64,000 bases of DNA from Promethearchaeota archaeon (lineage in GTDB: Archaea > Asgardarchaeota > Lokiarchaeia > Sigyniarchaeales > SOKP01): positions 103,571-167,570 of the forward strand of contig JBHLLT010000005.1 of NCBI GenBank assembly GCA_048938855.1, read 5' to 3'. How positions within the stretch are numbered: position 1 is the first letter of the stretch; each line of letters opens with the position of its first letter. The translations under genes were made by a program, and so were the position numbers. Shown here one piece after another: positions 1 to 10,202 of the stretch. The notes beneath the pieces were generated by a model. The model was not told the origin of the DNA, searched no databases, and saw nothing but the letters and a program-made list of their open reading frames with translations.

Positions 1-2
1 TA

Positions 3-518
3 ATTCCCCATGCAGTAGACCAAGATGCTCATTTTCGTTTATCGAGAGATGTATTGCCTAAGCTCGGGTATTATAAACCTGCATCTATTCAATGTGTCTT
101 TCTACCAAGTCTACAACAAAGCGGCAAAATGTCAGCATCAGTTAAGACAACAGCAATCTTTACAAAAGACAAGCCAGATGCTGTAAAAAAGAAAATTAAT
201 AATGCATTCACCGGAGGACAAGCGAACGCTAAATTACAAAGAGAATTAGGAGGAAACCCAGCAATATGTCCCGTTTATAAATACCATTTTATGCTGTTTA
301 CATTAGATGATAATGAAATCAGAGAAATTCAATCAAAATGCACTAATGGAGAACTACTATGCGGAGACTGTAAAAAAGATTTAATAGGAAAGGTAAATAA
401 ATTTCTCAGTGAACACCAAAGAAAGAGAGAAAAAGCGAAAGACAAACTAGAAGATTTTCTCCTAAAAGAAAAAATTGACGTAAAATCAATGATACGTGAA
501 AGATCTTCCAATAAATGA
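3..518 (+). CDS. trpS: Tryptophanyl-tRNA synthetase, C-terminal part (5' end outside window)
   Basis: Frame is open from the window edge: IPHAVDQDAHFRLSRDVLPKLGYYKP...KMSAS...AFTGG...LLCGDCKK, matching archaeal/eukaryote-type TrpRS motifs. Confidence 0.93.
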   Translation: MPHAVDQDAHFRLSRDVLPKLGYYKPASIQCVFLPSLQQSGKMSASVKTTAIFTKDKPDAVKKKINNAFTGGQANAKLQRELGGNPAICPVYKYHFMLFTLDDNEIREIQSKCTNGELLCGDCKKDLIGKVNKFLSEHQRKREKAKDKLEDFLLKEKIDVKSMIRERSSNK

Positions 519-714
519 AGATTATAACAACATCTCAACTATGAATTTTGGTAAATTTAATCTAAATTTTATAATATTTTTATAAATAAGTGTTAAAAAT
601 TTTTCAATGAAACTTTTCCTAAATGAAAATTTTTCTAAAATTTTATATAGTTCTCAAAATACAATATATTGAGAAATTTATTAAATATAAGTATTATATT
701 TAGGTTCGTTCTAA

Positions 715-1173
715 TTGAAAAAAGAAAAAGCCTTAGACGAAATCGACCGAGATATTCTTAGAACTCTACAAGCAAATGCTCGTACTAGCTACAGAGAGAT
801 ACAAGATCAACTTGGTATTTCAATTGGGACAATTCATAACCGAATTTCAAAGCTAAAGAAGAATGGTGTTATTGAAGGATATACTCTACGCTTAAACAAT
901 GAAAAATTAGGATATAAATTGGCTTTCCTCATAAGAATCAATTGTGATGGTAAGTTTACAGAAGAGATTTTAAACGACCTTTCAAAAATTCCTGAAGTGT
1001 GTTCTATCTTTCATACAACGGGAGAACAATCAGCAGCGTTAATCTGCAGGTTTCGAGAAAGCGATGACGTCCATAAATTCATTCGCGACCTTAATCAAAA
1101 AGAGTATATTACCCGTACTAACTCAAACATGATATTAAAAGAATACAAAAATTCTAGTTTCGTAGAGATCTAG
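715..1173 (+). CDS. Lrp/AsnC family transcriptional regulator
   Basis: LDEIDRDILRTLQANARTSY wHTH plus C-terminal RAM domain (TTGEQS); TTG start. Confidence 0.93.
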   Translation: MKKEKALDEIDRDILRTLQANARTSYREIQDQLGISIGTIHNRISKLKKNGVIEGYTLRLNNEKLGYKLAFLIRINCDGKFTEEILNDLSKIPEVCSIFHTTGEQSAALICRFRESDDVHKFIRDLNQKEYITRTNSNMILKEYKNSSFVEI

Positions 1174-1278
1174 GGTTAAGTAACTTTGTTTTTAATATTT
1201 CCATAAACTTTTTTTAATTTTGTGATTTAGGGATCTATATAAATACGAATTTAAATTTACAGTAAAGAAGTGAAATAG

Positions 1279-2868
1279 ATGAGCAATGTTCCAATAATTA
1301 TTTTAAAAGAAGGGACAGAAGAAGTACGTGAAAAGGAAGCACGAAAACAGAATATAACAGCAATGGTTGCGATAGCAGAGACAGTGCGGTCCACTCTAGG
1401 GCCTAAAGGTATGTCTAAAATGCTTGTTGACTCTATGGGAGATGTAACAATTACTAATGACGGAGCTGAAATTTTATCTAATTTAGACATCGAAAATATT
1501 GCAGCAAACATGATGGTCAATGTAGCTAAATCTATTGATGATGATATAGGTGATGGAACTACATCAGCAGTTATTTTCTCTGCTGCTTTATTAGAAAATG
1601 CTTTAGAATTAATTGAGCAAGATATTCATCCAAAACCTATTATACATGGATATAAGCTGGCAGCCGATAAAGCCTTAGAAATTATTAAAGAGATCTCAGT
1701 AAAGATCTCAAGTGGAGATGATGAAATTCTTAAAAATGCTGCGAAAACTGCAATGAATGCTAAAGATATATCCTCTTTAAAAGATTTTTTTGCAGATTTA
1801 GCATTTAAAGCAATTAAAAATATAACTGATGATGATGGAAAAACATTCTCAAAAGTGGGTAACGTAAAAATTGTTAAAGCTCCAGGAAAATCACTTAAGG
1901 AAACAGAACTAATTAATGGCGTCTATACCCAAAAAGATAAAGTAAATTCTATGATGCCAGACACCATTAAGAACGCAAAGATCGCTGTGATTCGAAGAAA
2001 ATTGGATGTAAAAAAGACTGAATTTGATGCACAAGTTCGAATCTCAAGTCCCGCAGAAATTCAGAAATTTCTTGACCAAGAGGATAAAATTCTTACAAAT
2101 TTCTTAGAAATATTCAAGAAATTAGGAGTAAATTTGATTGTAAATAGTAGTGATGTATCAGATAAATTCGGTGCATACTTAGCAAGAGAAGGAATCGCAG
2201 CCATCAAAAATGTTGGTGAGAGTGATTACAAATCAATTTTAAAAGCTGTGGGTGCTAAACTAGTAGATGATTTAACATCTCTCTCTGAGGATGATTTAGG
2301 GTTTGCTGAAAAAGTACATTTTGAGAAATTAGGTGATGATGAATACACATTATTTTCAGGCTGCAAAAATCCTAAATCTGTATCAATTTTACTTAAAGGT
2401 GGGCTTGATAAGATTCTTACAACTGCAGAAGTCTCATTACACGATGTATTATCCGTTATTGCTAAAATAATTGATACAAAAGCAGTTGTGGCAGGAGGAG
2501 GAGCAATATATATAGAACTCTCTAAATTAATTCGAGAATACGCTAATCAAATTGGTGGAAAAGAACAATTAGCTGTTAATGCATTTGCTTTAGCACTTGA
2601 AGAAATCCCAAAAACTTTGATAAAAAACGCAGGACTTGAGGAAATAGAGAAACTCACCGAGTTAAGAGCAGCACATAAATCTGAAGCTGATAAATGGATT
2701 GGTATTGATACTATCACTAATACTGTTGGAGATAATTTTAAAAAAGGAATCGTTGAGCCTGCAGAATTAATTAACCATATTATAAAATCTGGAAGCGAGT
2801 TAGCTACATTAATTTTGAGAGTAGACAGGATTATTAGTGCTAAGGGAAGTAGACCAGAAGGGTTATAA
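1279..2868 (+). CDS. ths: Thermosome (group II chaperonin) subunit
   Basis: STLGPKGM, TITNDG, GDGTTS, GGGA and IVEP motifs; 529 aa. Confidence 0.96.
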   Translation: MSNVPIIILKEGTEEVREKEARKQNITAMVAIAETVRSTLGPKGMSKMLVDSMGDVTITNDGAEILSNLDIENIAANMMVNVAKSIDDDIGDGTTSAVIFSAALLENALELIEQDIHPKPIIHGYKLAADKALEIIKEISVKISSGDDEILKNAAKTAMNAKDISSLKDFFADLAFKAIKNITDDDGKTFSKVGNVKIVKAPGKSLKETELINGVYTQKDKVNSMMPDTIKNAKIAVIRRKLDVKKTEFDAQVRISSPAEIQKFLDQEDKILTNFLEIFKKLGVNLIVNSSDVSDKFGAYLAREGIAAIKNVGESDYKSILKAVGAKLVDDLTSLSEDDLGFAEKVHFEKLGDDEYTLFSGCKNPKSVSILLKGGLDKILTTAEVSLHDVLSVIAKIIDTKAVVAGGGAIYIELSKLIREYANQIGGKEQLAVNAFALALEEIPKTLIKNAGLEEIEKLTELRAAHKSEADKWIGIDTITNTVGDNFKKGIVEPAELINHIIKSGSELATLILRVDRIISAKGSRPEGL

Positions 2869-2912
2869 TTTTTTATTTATTTTATTTTTTATTTTCTATT
2901 TTTATTTCTTTA
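2869..2912 (+). terminator. Oligo-T tract terminator after the thermosome gene
   Basis: Several T4-T6 runs directly after the stop codon, typical of archaeal intrinsic termination. Confidence 0.55.
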
Positions 2913-3043
2913 TTGAATCATAATCATCTTAAAGATCTGAGAAAAATAAAAAAGAAAAACTAAAAAAATTTCATTTAATTCTTCTATTTACATTTAAAGA
3001 TATATTAAAGTGTTCAATACTAAAATTCTTTATCTGACCTAAA

Positions 3044-4915
3044 ATGGAAGCAATTGATGATATTAACTTGGAAAAACTTAAAGCACTTAATAATCAACCT
3101 GTTTTAAATGTTGTAAATGAATTTATAGCTCTTTGTAAACCTTCTAAAGTTACAGTAATAACAGACTCTCAAGAAGATATTGATTATGTTAGAAAAAGAG
3201 CTATTGAGCTTAATGAAGAAACAAAACTCAATTTAAAGGGTCATACAGTACATTATGATGGGTTCTTCACAATGAGTAATCATGATCAAGCGAGAGATAA
3301 AGGACATACTCAAGTTTTAGTGCCTGAAAGCGAAATAGAGTCATACCCTTGGATAAATACTATGGAACGAGAAAGGGGCCTAAAAGAAATCTTGGAAATT
3401 ATGGATGGATGCATGAGAAATCATGAATGCGTTATTAGATTTTTCTGTTTAGGGCCAAAAGATTCTAAATTTTCAATTTTGGCACTTCAATTAACAGATT
3501 CTTTTTATGTAGCTCATTCGGAAGATATTCTTTATAGAGCGGGTTATGAAGAATTTAAAAATCTTAATGGATCTAATGATTTCTTCTACTTTATTCATTC
3601 TTCAGGAGAATTAACTGGTGATCCTCCTGTAACTAAAAACCTTGACAAAAGAAGAATATATATTGATTTAAAACAAGGCCGTGTACTTTCGGTTAATAAT
3701 CAGTACGCTGGAAATTCACTTGGATTAAAGAAACTTGGTTTACGTTTAGGAATTTATAAAGCCAATAATGAAGATTGGTTGACAGAACATTATTTTGTCA
3801 TGGGTGTCCATCCAAGAAGAAAAAACAGGACTTCTTTCTTTTGTGGTGCATTTCCATCAGCTTGTGGTAAGACAAGTACAGCAATGTTACCAGGCCAGAC
3901 TATAGTAGGGGATGATATTGCATACCTTCGAGTGTGGGAAGATGGTTATGCTCATTCGGTAAATATTGAGAAGGGAATTTTTGGAATCATAAAGGATGTA
4001 AATGCTAAAGATGATCCTGTTATTTTTGAATCTCTTACAACCCCTCGAGAAACAATATTTTCTAATGTACTAGTTAAAAATGGAAGTTGTTTTTGGTTAG
4101 GAGATGGACGCGAAACTCCAAATAATGGAACGAATTTCTCAGGTTATTGGTATCAAGGAAAAAAAGATGAAGATGGCAAAGAAATTCCTCATGCCCACCC
4201 AAATGCCAGGTACACAATTGGTATTGAAGAACTAGATAACGCCGATCAAAATTTACATAATCCCGATGGTGTACCTGTTCATGGAATTCTCTATGGCGGC
4301 CGAGATAGTGATACCATGCCACCTGTACTTGAAAGTACCGATTGGGATCATGGAGTTTTTTTAGGTGCTTCAATTGAATCAGAAACTACCTCTGCTACCT
4401 TAGGAGCAGAAGGAGTAAGAACACAACAGCCTATGGCTAATCTTGATTTCTTAGTTGTTAGTTTGGGGAAATATCTCAAAAATCACCAAGATTTTGGTAA
4501 AAGGCTTAAATATCCTCCAAAAGTTTTTGCAACAAATTATTTTCTTAAAAATGAAGAAGGAAAATATTTAAACGGAATATTAGATAAATTATGTTGGGTA
4601 ATTTGGGCAGAAGGACGAGTTTATAATGATTTTACAGCAATAAGTACACCAATTGGAAATATACCTAAATTTAATGATTTAAAAACCTTATTTAAACAAT
4701 ACCTTGATAAAGAATATACAGAAAAAAATTATGTTGAACAATTCTCGTTACGACCTTCAAAGTTATTAGAAAAATTGGATCGTATAGAAGCAATGTATAA
4801 AAAAGAAGAAGGAGTACCTGATTTTTTCTGGAAAATTCTTAATAAACAAAGAAGTAGTTTATCAGCATTAAAAGATAAATTTCAAGCCGAAGAAATCTCT
4901 CCTTTACTATTTTAA
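3044..4915 (+). CDS. pckG: Phosphoenolpyruvate carboxykinase (GTP)
   Basis: YAGNSLGLKK, AFPSACGKTS, VGDDIAY, HPNARY and YGGRD motifs. Confidence 0.96.
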   Translation: MEAIDDINLEKLKALNNQPVLNVVNEFIALCKPSKVTVITDSQEDIDYVRKRAIELNEETKLNLKGHTVHYDGFFTMSNHDQARDKGHTQVLVPESEIESYPWINTMERERGLKEILEIMDGCMRNHECVIRFFCLGPKDSKFSILALQLTDSFYVAHSEDILYRAGYEEFKNLNGSNDFFYFIHSSGELTGDPPVTKNLDKRRIYIDLKQGRVLSVNNQYAGNSLGLKKLGLRLGIYKANNEDWLTEHYFVMGVHPRRKNRTSFFCGAFPSACGKTSTAMLPGQTIVGDDIAYLRVWEDGYAHSVNIEKGIFGIIKDVNAKDDPVIFESLTTPRETIFSNVLVKNGSCFWLGDGRETPNNGTNFSGYWYQGKKDEDGKEIPHAHPNARYTIGIEELDNADQNLHNPDGVPVHGILYGGRDSDTMPPVLESTDWDHGVFLGASIESETTSATLGAEGVRTQQPMANLDFLVVSLGKYLKNHQDFGKRLKYPPKVFATNYFLKNEEGKYLNGILDKLCWVIWAEGRVYNDFTAISTPIGNIPKFNDLKTLFKQYLDKEYTEKNYVEQFSLRPSKLLEKLDRIEAMYKKEEGVPDFFWKILNKQRSSLSALKDKFQAEEISPLLF

Positions 4916-4939
4916 AACTGAGCTATTATGAGATAGAAA

Positions 4940-5671
4940 TTATACCAAATACTTTAACCCTGCTCTCACTTTATAGGTTTTATTAATTCTGTCTAATTCA
5001 ATAAAACGCTTAATTTCTAAATTATTTAAAAAATCTCGCATCTCTACTTTATCTTTTTTTAATTCTTCCGCTAAACCTTCAATATTATTCTCGTAATTTC
5101 GAAGTGTCTGGAGTAAAGATGAATATTCTTCATAAATATGGTTAACTAAGTAAGTGATAGATTCTCTTATATTTAGATTAGTTTCTGTACTTGTTGGAAA
5201 AATTTTACTATCTTCTGGCAAATAATTTTGGGATCGAATTACTTCTGGAGGGCGAGCACTTTTAATATCTTGTTTATTTGCTAAATACACTATAGGAGTA
5301 TTTGGAGGTAATATTTTCCTAATCGAGTTCAGTATCATTATCGCACTATCATCTTTCTCTGGAGCAGCAGCATCGAATAAAAAGATGATTCCATCTGAAC
5401 CACTAGTGCAAATACTTCTCATTACAGAAAATCGCAACAGACCTGGTGTTCCAAATAAAAAGACATCGAATCCATTTAGTTTTACGCTGCCTAAATCCAT
5501 TGCAACTGTGTAAAACTTATCATCCTTACCTTTAGCTTCAACATTCAATGCATTACTGTCTAAAGCTCTTATATAGCTTGACTTTCCCGACTGAAGAGGT
5601 CCTGAAACTAATATTTTTATTTTTTTCACCACACGATTACTAATGCAATTGAAAGTTGATTTTACTTTCAT
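4940..5671 (-). CDS. Small GTPase (MglA/CvnD-like) with C-terminal winged-helix-like extension
   Basis: G1 GPLQSGKS, TVAMDLG, LFGTPG, G4 NKQD; real start may be the GTG near 5632. Confidence 0.85.
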   Translation of the reverse strand: MKVKSTFNCISNRVVKKIKILVSGPLQSGKSSYIRALDSNALNVEAKGKDDKFYTVAMDLGSVKLNGFDVFLFGTPGLLRFSVMRSICTSGSDGIIFLFDAAAPEKDDSAIMILNSIRKILPPNTPIVYLANKQDIKSARPPEVIRSQNYLPEDSKIFPTSTETNLNIRESITYLVNHIYEEYSSLLQTLRNYENNIEGLAEELKKDKVEMRDFLNNLEIKRFIELDRINKTYKVRAGLKYLV

Positions 5672-6186
5672 TTAGATATTATATTAATTATTTTAATACA
5701 TAGATATTATATTTATTATTTTCCCAATAATATTTTTAATAGTTATTTTGTCGTTTTAATTATAAAATCTTATTTCTCATTTCAAGTTTTTGTTTTTATC
5801 AAAGAACTTCATTATTCCCTCTGTGTTAACCAGAAACAATGAGTTATAATTAATTTTATAAAAATTGTATCGACAAAAAAGTATTTATTTTTCCGAAATT
5901 AGTCATTTGTATATTTTTACTTAATCTAGAAATTACTTTATAAAATCAATAGTTTTTGAAGCATTGTGATCAAAGAGTTACTTTTTCTGTAAAAATCCGA
6001 CCTTAAATTAATGGTTTCAATCAAAAGTAGAAAATCTTATAAATAATTTTGTCAATAATAAACAATAAAAAATATTTGAAATACTTATCCAAATTAAAAA
6101 TAATTTTCAAAAATAATAAACAATTTCTAGCAAAATAATAGATTATAACAAAATCTTAATTATAAATTGAAAGAAATGGAGAACTT

Positions 6187-9100
6187 ATGAATAGTAATAT
6201 AATGGTAATTGGAGGCGGAATTTCTGGGATTGAGGCAGCATTGACTTTAGGAGAACAAGGATATAAAGTGATCTTAGTTGAGAAAACTCCCTCTGTTGGA
6301 GGGAGAATGGCACAATTAGATAAAACATTTCCCACTTTAGATTGTAGTATATGTATACTCGCACCTAAGATGGTTGAAGTGTCTAGACACCCTAACGTAG
6401 AGCTACTAGCATACTCTGAAATACAAGAAGTAGATGGTCAAGCAGGAAATTTTAATGTCAAAGTTCTTAAAAAATCGAGATATGTTGATTGGGATGTTTG
6501 TACCGGTTGTGGGCAATGCATGGAGAAATGTCCCATGAAGAAAATACCTTCAGAATTTGAAGAAGGTATGGGTAATCGTACTGCGATCTATATTCCTTTT
6601 CCACAAGCAGTGCCAAGAAAAGCCGTTATTGATGCGAAAAAATGCTTATACCTAACAAAAAACGCCTGTAAACTCTGTGAAAAAGAATGTGAAGCTGGAG
6701 CGATTAATTGGGACATGAAAGATGAAATAGTAGAATATAATGTAGCTTCTATCATATGTGCTACAGGTTACGACCAATTAGATCCAAGTGTTCTTGATCG
6801 ATATCATTATGGGGAATACCCTAATGTGATTACTGCTATGCAATATGAAAGATTATTAAGTGCATCTGGTCCTACTGAAGGAGAGTTATTACGACCCTCT
6901 GATAAAAAACATGCATATAATATTGGCTTTATTAGTTGTGTTGGCTCAAGGAACATGGACCTTTGTTCTTATTGCTCTAAATTCTGTTGTATGTATCAAA
7001 CCAAGGAAGGGGTTGTTACAAGAGAACATTCACCAGATACAAATGTTACCATCTTTTTCAATGATTCTCGAGTCATTGGAAAGAACCAAGAAGAATTCAT
7101 TGAAAGAGCTAAGGATGAGTATAAACTTATATATTATAGAGGAATTCCTGGAGATATTCGTGAAAATCCTGAAAATCATAATCTTTACGTAAAGCATGCT
7201 AATTTAGATACAGGTGAAGTTGAGACCAGTGAATTTGACTTAGTTGTCCTTGCAAATGCAGTTACTCCACGAAAGGATGCTGAAAACTTAGCAAATATAT
7301 TGGGTATTGAACAAAATGAATTAGGTTTCTTTAAAACTAGAAATTCCACAGAAGATCTTCTCTCTTCAAGAGAAGGAATTTATGTGACCGGATCATGCCA
7401 ATCTCCTGATGATATCGCAAATTCAGTCGCAAAAGCAGGGGGCGCCGCTGCTTTAGCAGCTAGTCATGCAGTCCCATTAAGTGGAGAAGAAACTAAAGTA
7501 GAGCTTCCTCCTCTTAAAGCCATAAATCCGAAAGATGAACCTCATATTGGAGTATTCATCTGTCGCTGTGGTATTAATATTGCGGGATATATAGATGTTC
7601 CTTCGTTAGTTGAATATGCAAAAACTCTTCCCAATGTTGTGTATTCCATGGAAAATAAATATAGTTGCTCACAACTAACTCAAGATATTATAAAGGAAAA
7701 AATCGAGGAGTTAAATTTAAATAGGGTTGTAGTTGCAGCATGTACACCAAGGACCCACGAACCCTTGTTTCAAAAGACTATTAGAGAAGCGGGCTTAAAT
7801 GAATATTTATTTAATTTCGTAAGTATAAGAGAGTTAGACTCATGGGTTCACATGAATAATAACCCCAAAGCAACTGATAAAGCTAAAGATCTCATTAGAA
7901 TGGGGGTTGCTCGAGTAGCAGCACAAAAACCAGAATTAAAGATAAAAGGAAAGGTTATTCCTGAAGCAATGGTGGTTGGTGGTGGTATAGCTGGAATGAG
8001 TGCTGCTTTGGAAATTGCTAATAAAGGATTTAAAGTGCATTTAGTCGAGAAAGAGGATAAATTAGGTGGACAATTAAACTCTATTTATAAAATTAACTTT
8101 GATAGGATTGATTCAAAGGAGTTCTTAGATGCTAAATTAAAGGAATTTAATGAACAAAAAAATCTTAACGTATATTTAAACTCAGAAGTCATTGATGTAA
8201 AAGGATCAATCGGAGATTTTAAAGTTAAAATAAGGGAAAATAATGAAGGAAAAGATATTAATCTGAATATTGGTACTATAATTGCTGCAACAGGTGCATA
8301 TGAATATAAACCTAAAGGATGGTATCATTATGGCGAAAATGATAATGTAATGACTCAACTTGAATTATCTGATAGACTCAAGAATAACGATCTTAAGGAT
8401 GGAGAAAGTATTGTTTTTATCCACTGTGTGGGATCTAGACAACCAGAAGGAGGGAATGGAGTTACATATTGCTCATTAATCTGTTGTTCTGAATCAATTC
8501 GACACGCCTTATATGTAAAAGAAACATATCCAAACTCAACTATTTATGTCTTATATAGAGATATCCGAGTGGGTACTGCTGAAGAAGCTTATTATTGGAA
8601 AGCACGTGAAAATGTAAATTATATACGATTTAATGAATATCCTACTGTTGATCCTATTAATGGTAAGTTAAATGTAAATGTTAAAGATATTTTAACTCAA
8701 ACGGACCTTACTATTGAAGCTGACAAAGTGGTTTTATCAACCCCTTTAATACCTCATGATACCCAAAAATTAGGTGAGATGATAAAATGTGCCAGAGATC
8801 AAAATGGTTATTTTCTAGAAGCTCACGTGAAATTAAGACCTGTTGATTTTGCCACTGATGGTATATATTTAGCAGGTACTTGTCATGGTCCTAAAGGTAT
8901 TGCGGATTCAATCTCACAAGCTCGAGGTGCAGCAGCTCACGCTTTAATTCCTCTAATATCTGGAGAAGTGGAGAATGAACCTCTTATTTCAGTAGTAGAT
9001 CCTTCCTTATGTATTGCATGCCAAAAATGTGAAGAGGTTTGTAACTTTGGAGCTATAGGAGTGAATTTTGATAACGACATATTAGTTTCAGAATCTAATC

Positions 9101-9669
9101 CACTTTTATGTAAAGGTTGTGGAGACTGTTCGGCCGCATGTCCTGCAGGAGCGATCACAATGAGTCATTTTGCAGATAATCAAATATATCCAATGATACG
9201 TGAAGCCGTTAGGGGCGAATATAAAGATGAAAGACCTAGAATTGTAGCATTCTTATGTAATTGGTGTAGTTATGCTGGCGCTGATACCTGTGGAGTAAGT
9301 CGTTTCCAGTATCCAACGAATATTCGACCAATAAGAGTTATGTGCACTGGGAGAATACCAAAAAGTTTTATTTTACAAGCATTTCTGGAAGGAGCTGATG
9401 GTGTGCTTGTTGGGGGATGTCATATTGGTGATTGCCACTATTTAGAAGGTAATTATGACATGCAGCAACGTTATAATGAGTTAAAGGACATACTTGAAAG
9501 TGTAGGCATCAATTCTGACAGATATCGCCTTGAATGGGTGAGTGCATCAGAAGGAAAGCGATTTTCTCAAATTGTCACTGAATTTGTTAACCAAATTAAA
9601 GAGTTAGGGCCACTCCCTAAAATGGGTGATAAAGTTGGAAAAAAAGAAAAAGCTAAGGAGGGAGTATAA
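6187..9669 (+). CDS. hdrA: Heterodisulfide reductase subunit A (two HdrA flavin modules) fused to C-terminal MvhD
   Basis: GGGISG and GGGIAG FAD motifs, LDKTFPTLDCSIC, two CVGSR...CC motifs, ferredoxin motifs; C-terminal CNWCSYAGAD/RVMCTGR/GCHIGDCHY is MvhD. Confidence 0.95.
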   Translation: MNSNIMVIGGGISGIEAALTLGEQGYKVILVEKTPSVGGRMAQLDKTFPTLDCSICILAPKMVEVSRHPNVELLAYSEIQEVDGQAGNFNVKVLKKSRYVDWDVCTGCGQCMEKCPMKKIPSEFEEGMGNRTAIYIPFPQAVPRKAVIDAKKCLYLTKNACKLCEKECEAGAINWDMKDEIVEYNVASIICATGYDQLDPSVLDRYHYGEYPNVITAMQYERLLSASGPTEGELLRPSDKKHAYNIGFISCVGSRNMDLCSYCSKFCCMYQTKEGVVTREHSPDTNVTIFFNDSRVIGKNQEEFIERAKDEYKLIYYRGIPGDIRENPENHNLYVKHANLDTGEVETSEFDLVVLANAVTPRKDAENLANILGIEQNELGFFKTRNSTEDLLSSREGIYVTGSCQSPDDIANSVAKAGGAAALAASHAVPLSGEETKVELPPLKAINPKDEPHIGVFICRCGINIAGYIDVPSLVEYAKTLPNVVYSMENKYSCSQLTQDIIKEKIEELNLNRVVVAACTPRTHEPLFQKTIREAGLNEYLFNFVSIRELDSWVHMNNNPKATDKAKDLIRMGVARVAAQKPELKIKGKVIPEAMVVGGGIAGMSAALEIANKGFKVHLVEKEDKLGGQLNSIYKINFDRIDSKEFLDAKLKEFNEQKNLNVYLNSEVIDVKGSIGDFKVKIRENNEGKDINLNIGTIIAATGAYEYKPKGWYHYGENDNVMTQLELSDRLKNNDLKDGESIVFIHCVGSRQPEGGNGVTYCSLICCSESIRHALYVKETYPNSTIYVLYRDIRVGTAEEAYYWKARENVNYIRFNEYPTVDPINGKLNVNVKDILTQTDLTIEADKVVLSTPLIPHDTQKLGEMIKCARDQNGYFLEAHVKLRPVDFATDGIYLAGTCHGPKGIADSISQARGAAAHALIPLISGEVENEPLISVVDPSLCIACQKCEEVCNFGAIGVNFDNDILVSESNPLLCKGCGDCSAACPAGAITMSHFADNQIYPMIREAVRGEYKDERPRIVAFLCNWCSYAGADTCGVSRFQYPTNIRPIRVMCTGRIPKSFILQAFLEGADGVLVGGCHIGDCHYLEGNYDMQQRYNELKDILESVGINSDRYRLEWVSASEGKRFSQIVTEFVNQIKELGPLPKMGDKVGKKEKAKEGV

Positions 9670-9671
9670 AA

Positions 9672-10202
9672 TTGACAGAGATGATTAAGAAAAATTCTAA
9701 AAATTTAGACCATAATTTTCGCTATGAAATTAGTAAAAAAGTTGGCGCAAAATCGCTTCTAAACTGTATTCAATGTGGAGTATGTAGCTCAGGTTGTACT
9801 GTAACTGAATATGTTGATATGCAACCTCATCGAGTTGTTGCATCTTGCCTTTTAGGCTTAAAGGATGATGTTCTTTCGAGTCAAGCAATTTGGACTTGTT
9901 CTTTATGCCATAGATGCACTGAACGATGCCCAAAGAATGTAGACTACTCTTTTATTCTTGCTATTCTTCGAAACATGTGTGTTAAAGAAGGAAAAATACC
10001 CAAAGAATACTCTGGCACTGTTGTCACGATATATGATAATGGATTTGTAGTGCCATATAGTGGTAGCTTAAAAGACAATATAGATAGAAGAAGAAATAGG
10101 ATGGGACTACCTCAACTCACAGCTCCCAATCTAGATGAAATTAGATTTATAATAGAAGAAACGGGATTAGGAGATCTCGCAAAAAAAAAGGAGGATGAGT
10201 AA
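9672..10202 (+). CDS. hdrC: Heterodisulfide reductase subunit C
   Basis: CIQCGVCSSGC and IWTCSLCHRCTERCP 4Fe-4S motifs; lies between hdrA and hdrB. Confidence 0.92.
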   Translation: MTEMIKKNSKNLDHNFRYEISKKVGAKSLLNCIQCGVCSSGCTVTEYVDMQPHRVVASCLLGLKDDVLSSQAIWTCSLCHRCTERCPKNVDYSFILAILRNMCVKEGKIPKEYSGTVVTIYDNGFVVPYSGSLKDNIDRRRNRMGLPQLTAPNLDEIRFIIEETGLGDLAKKKEDE

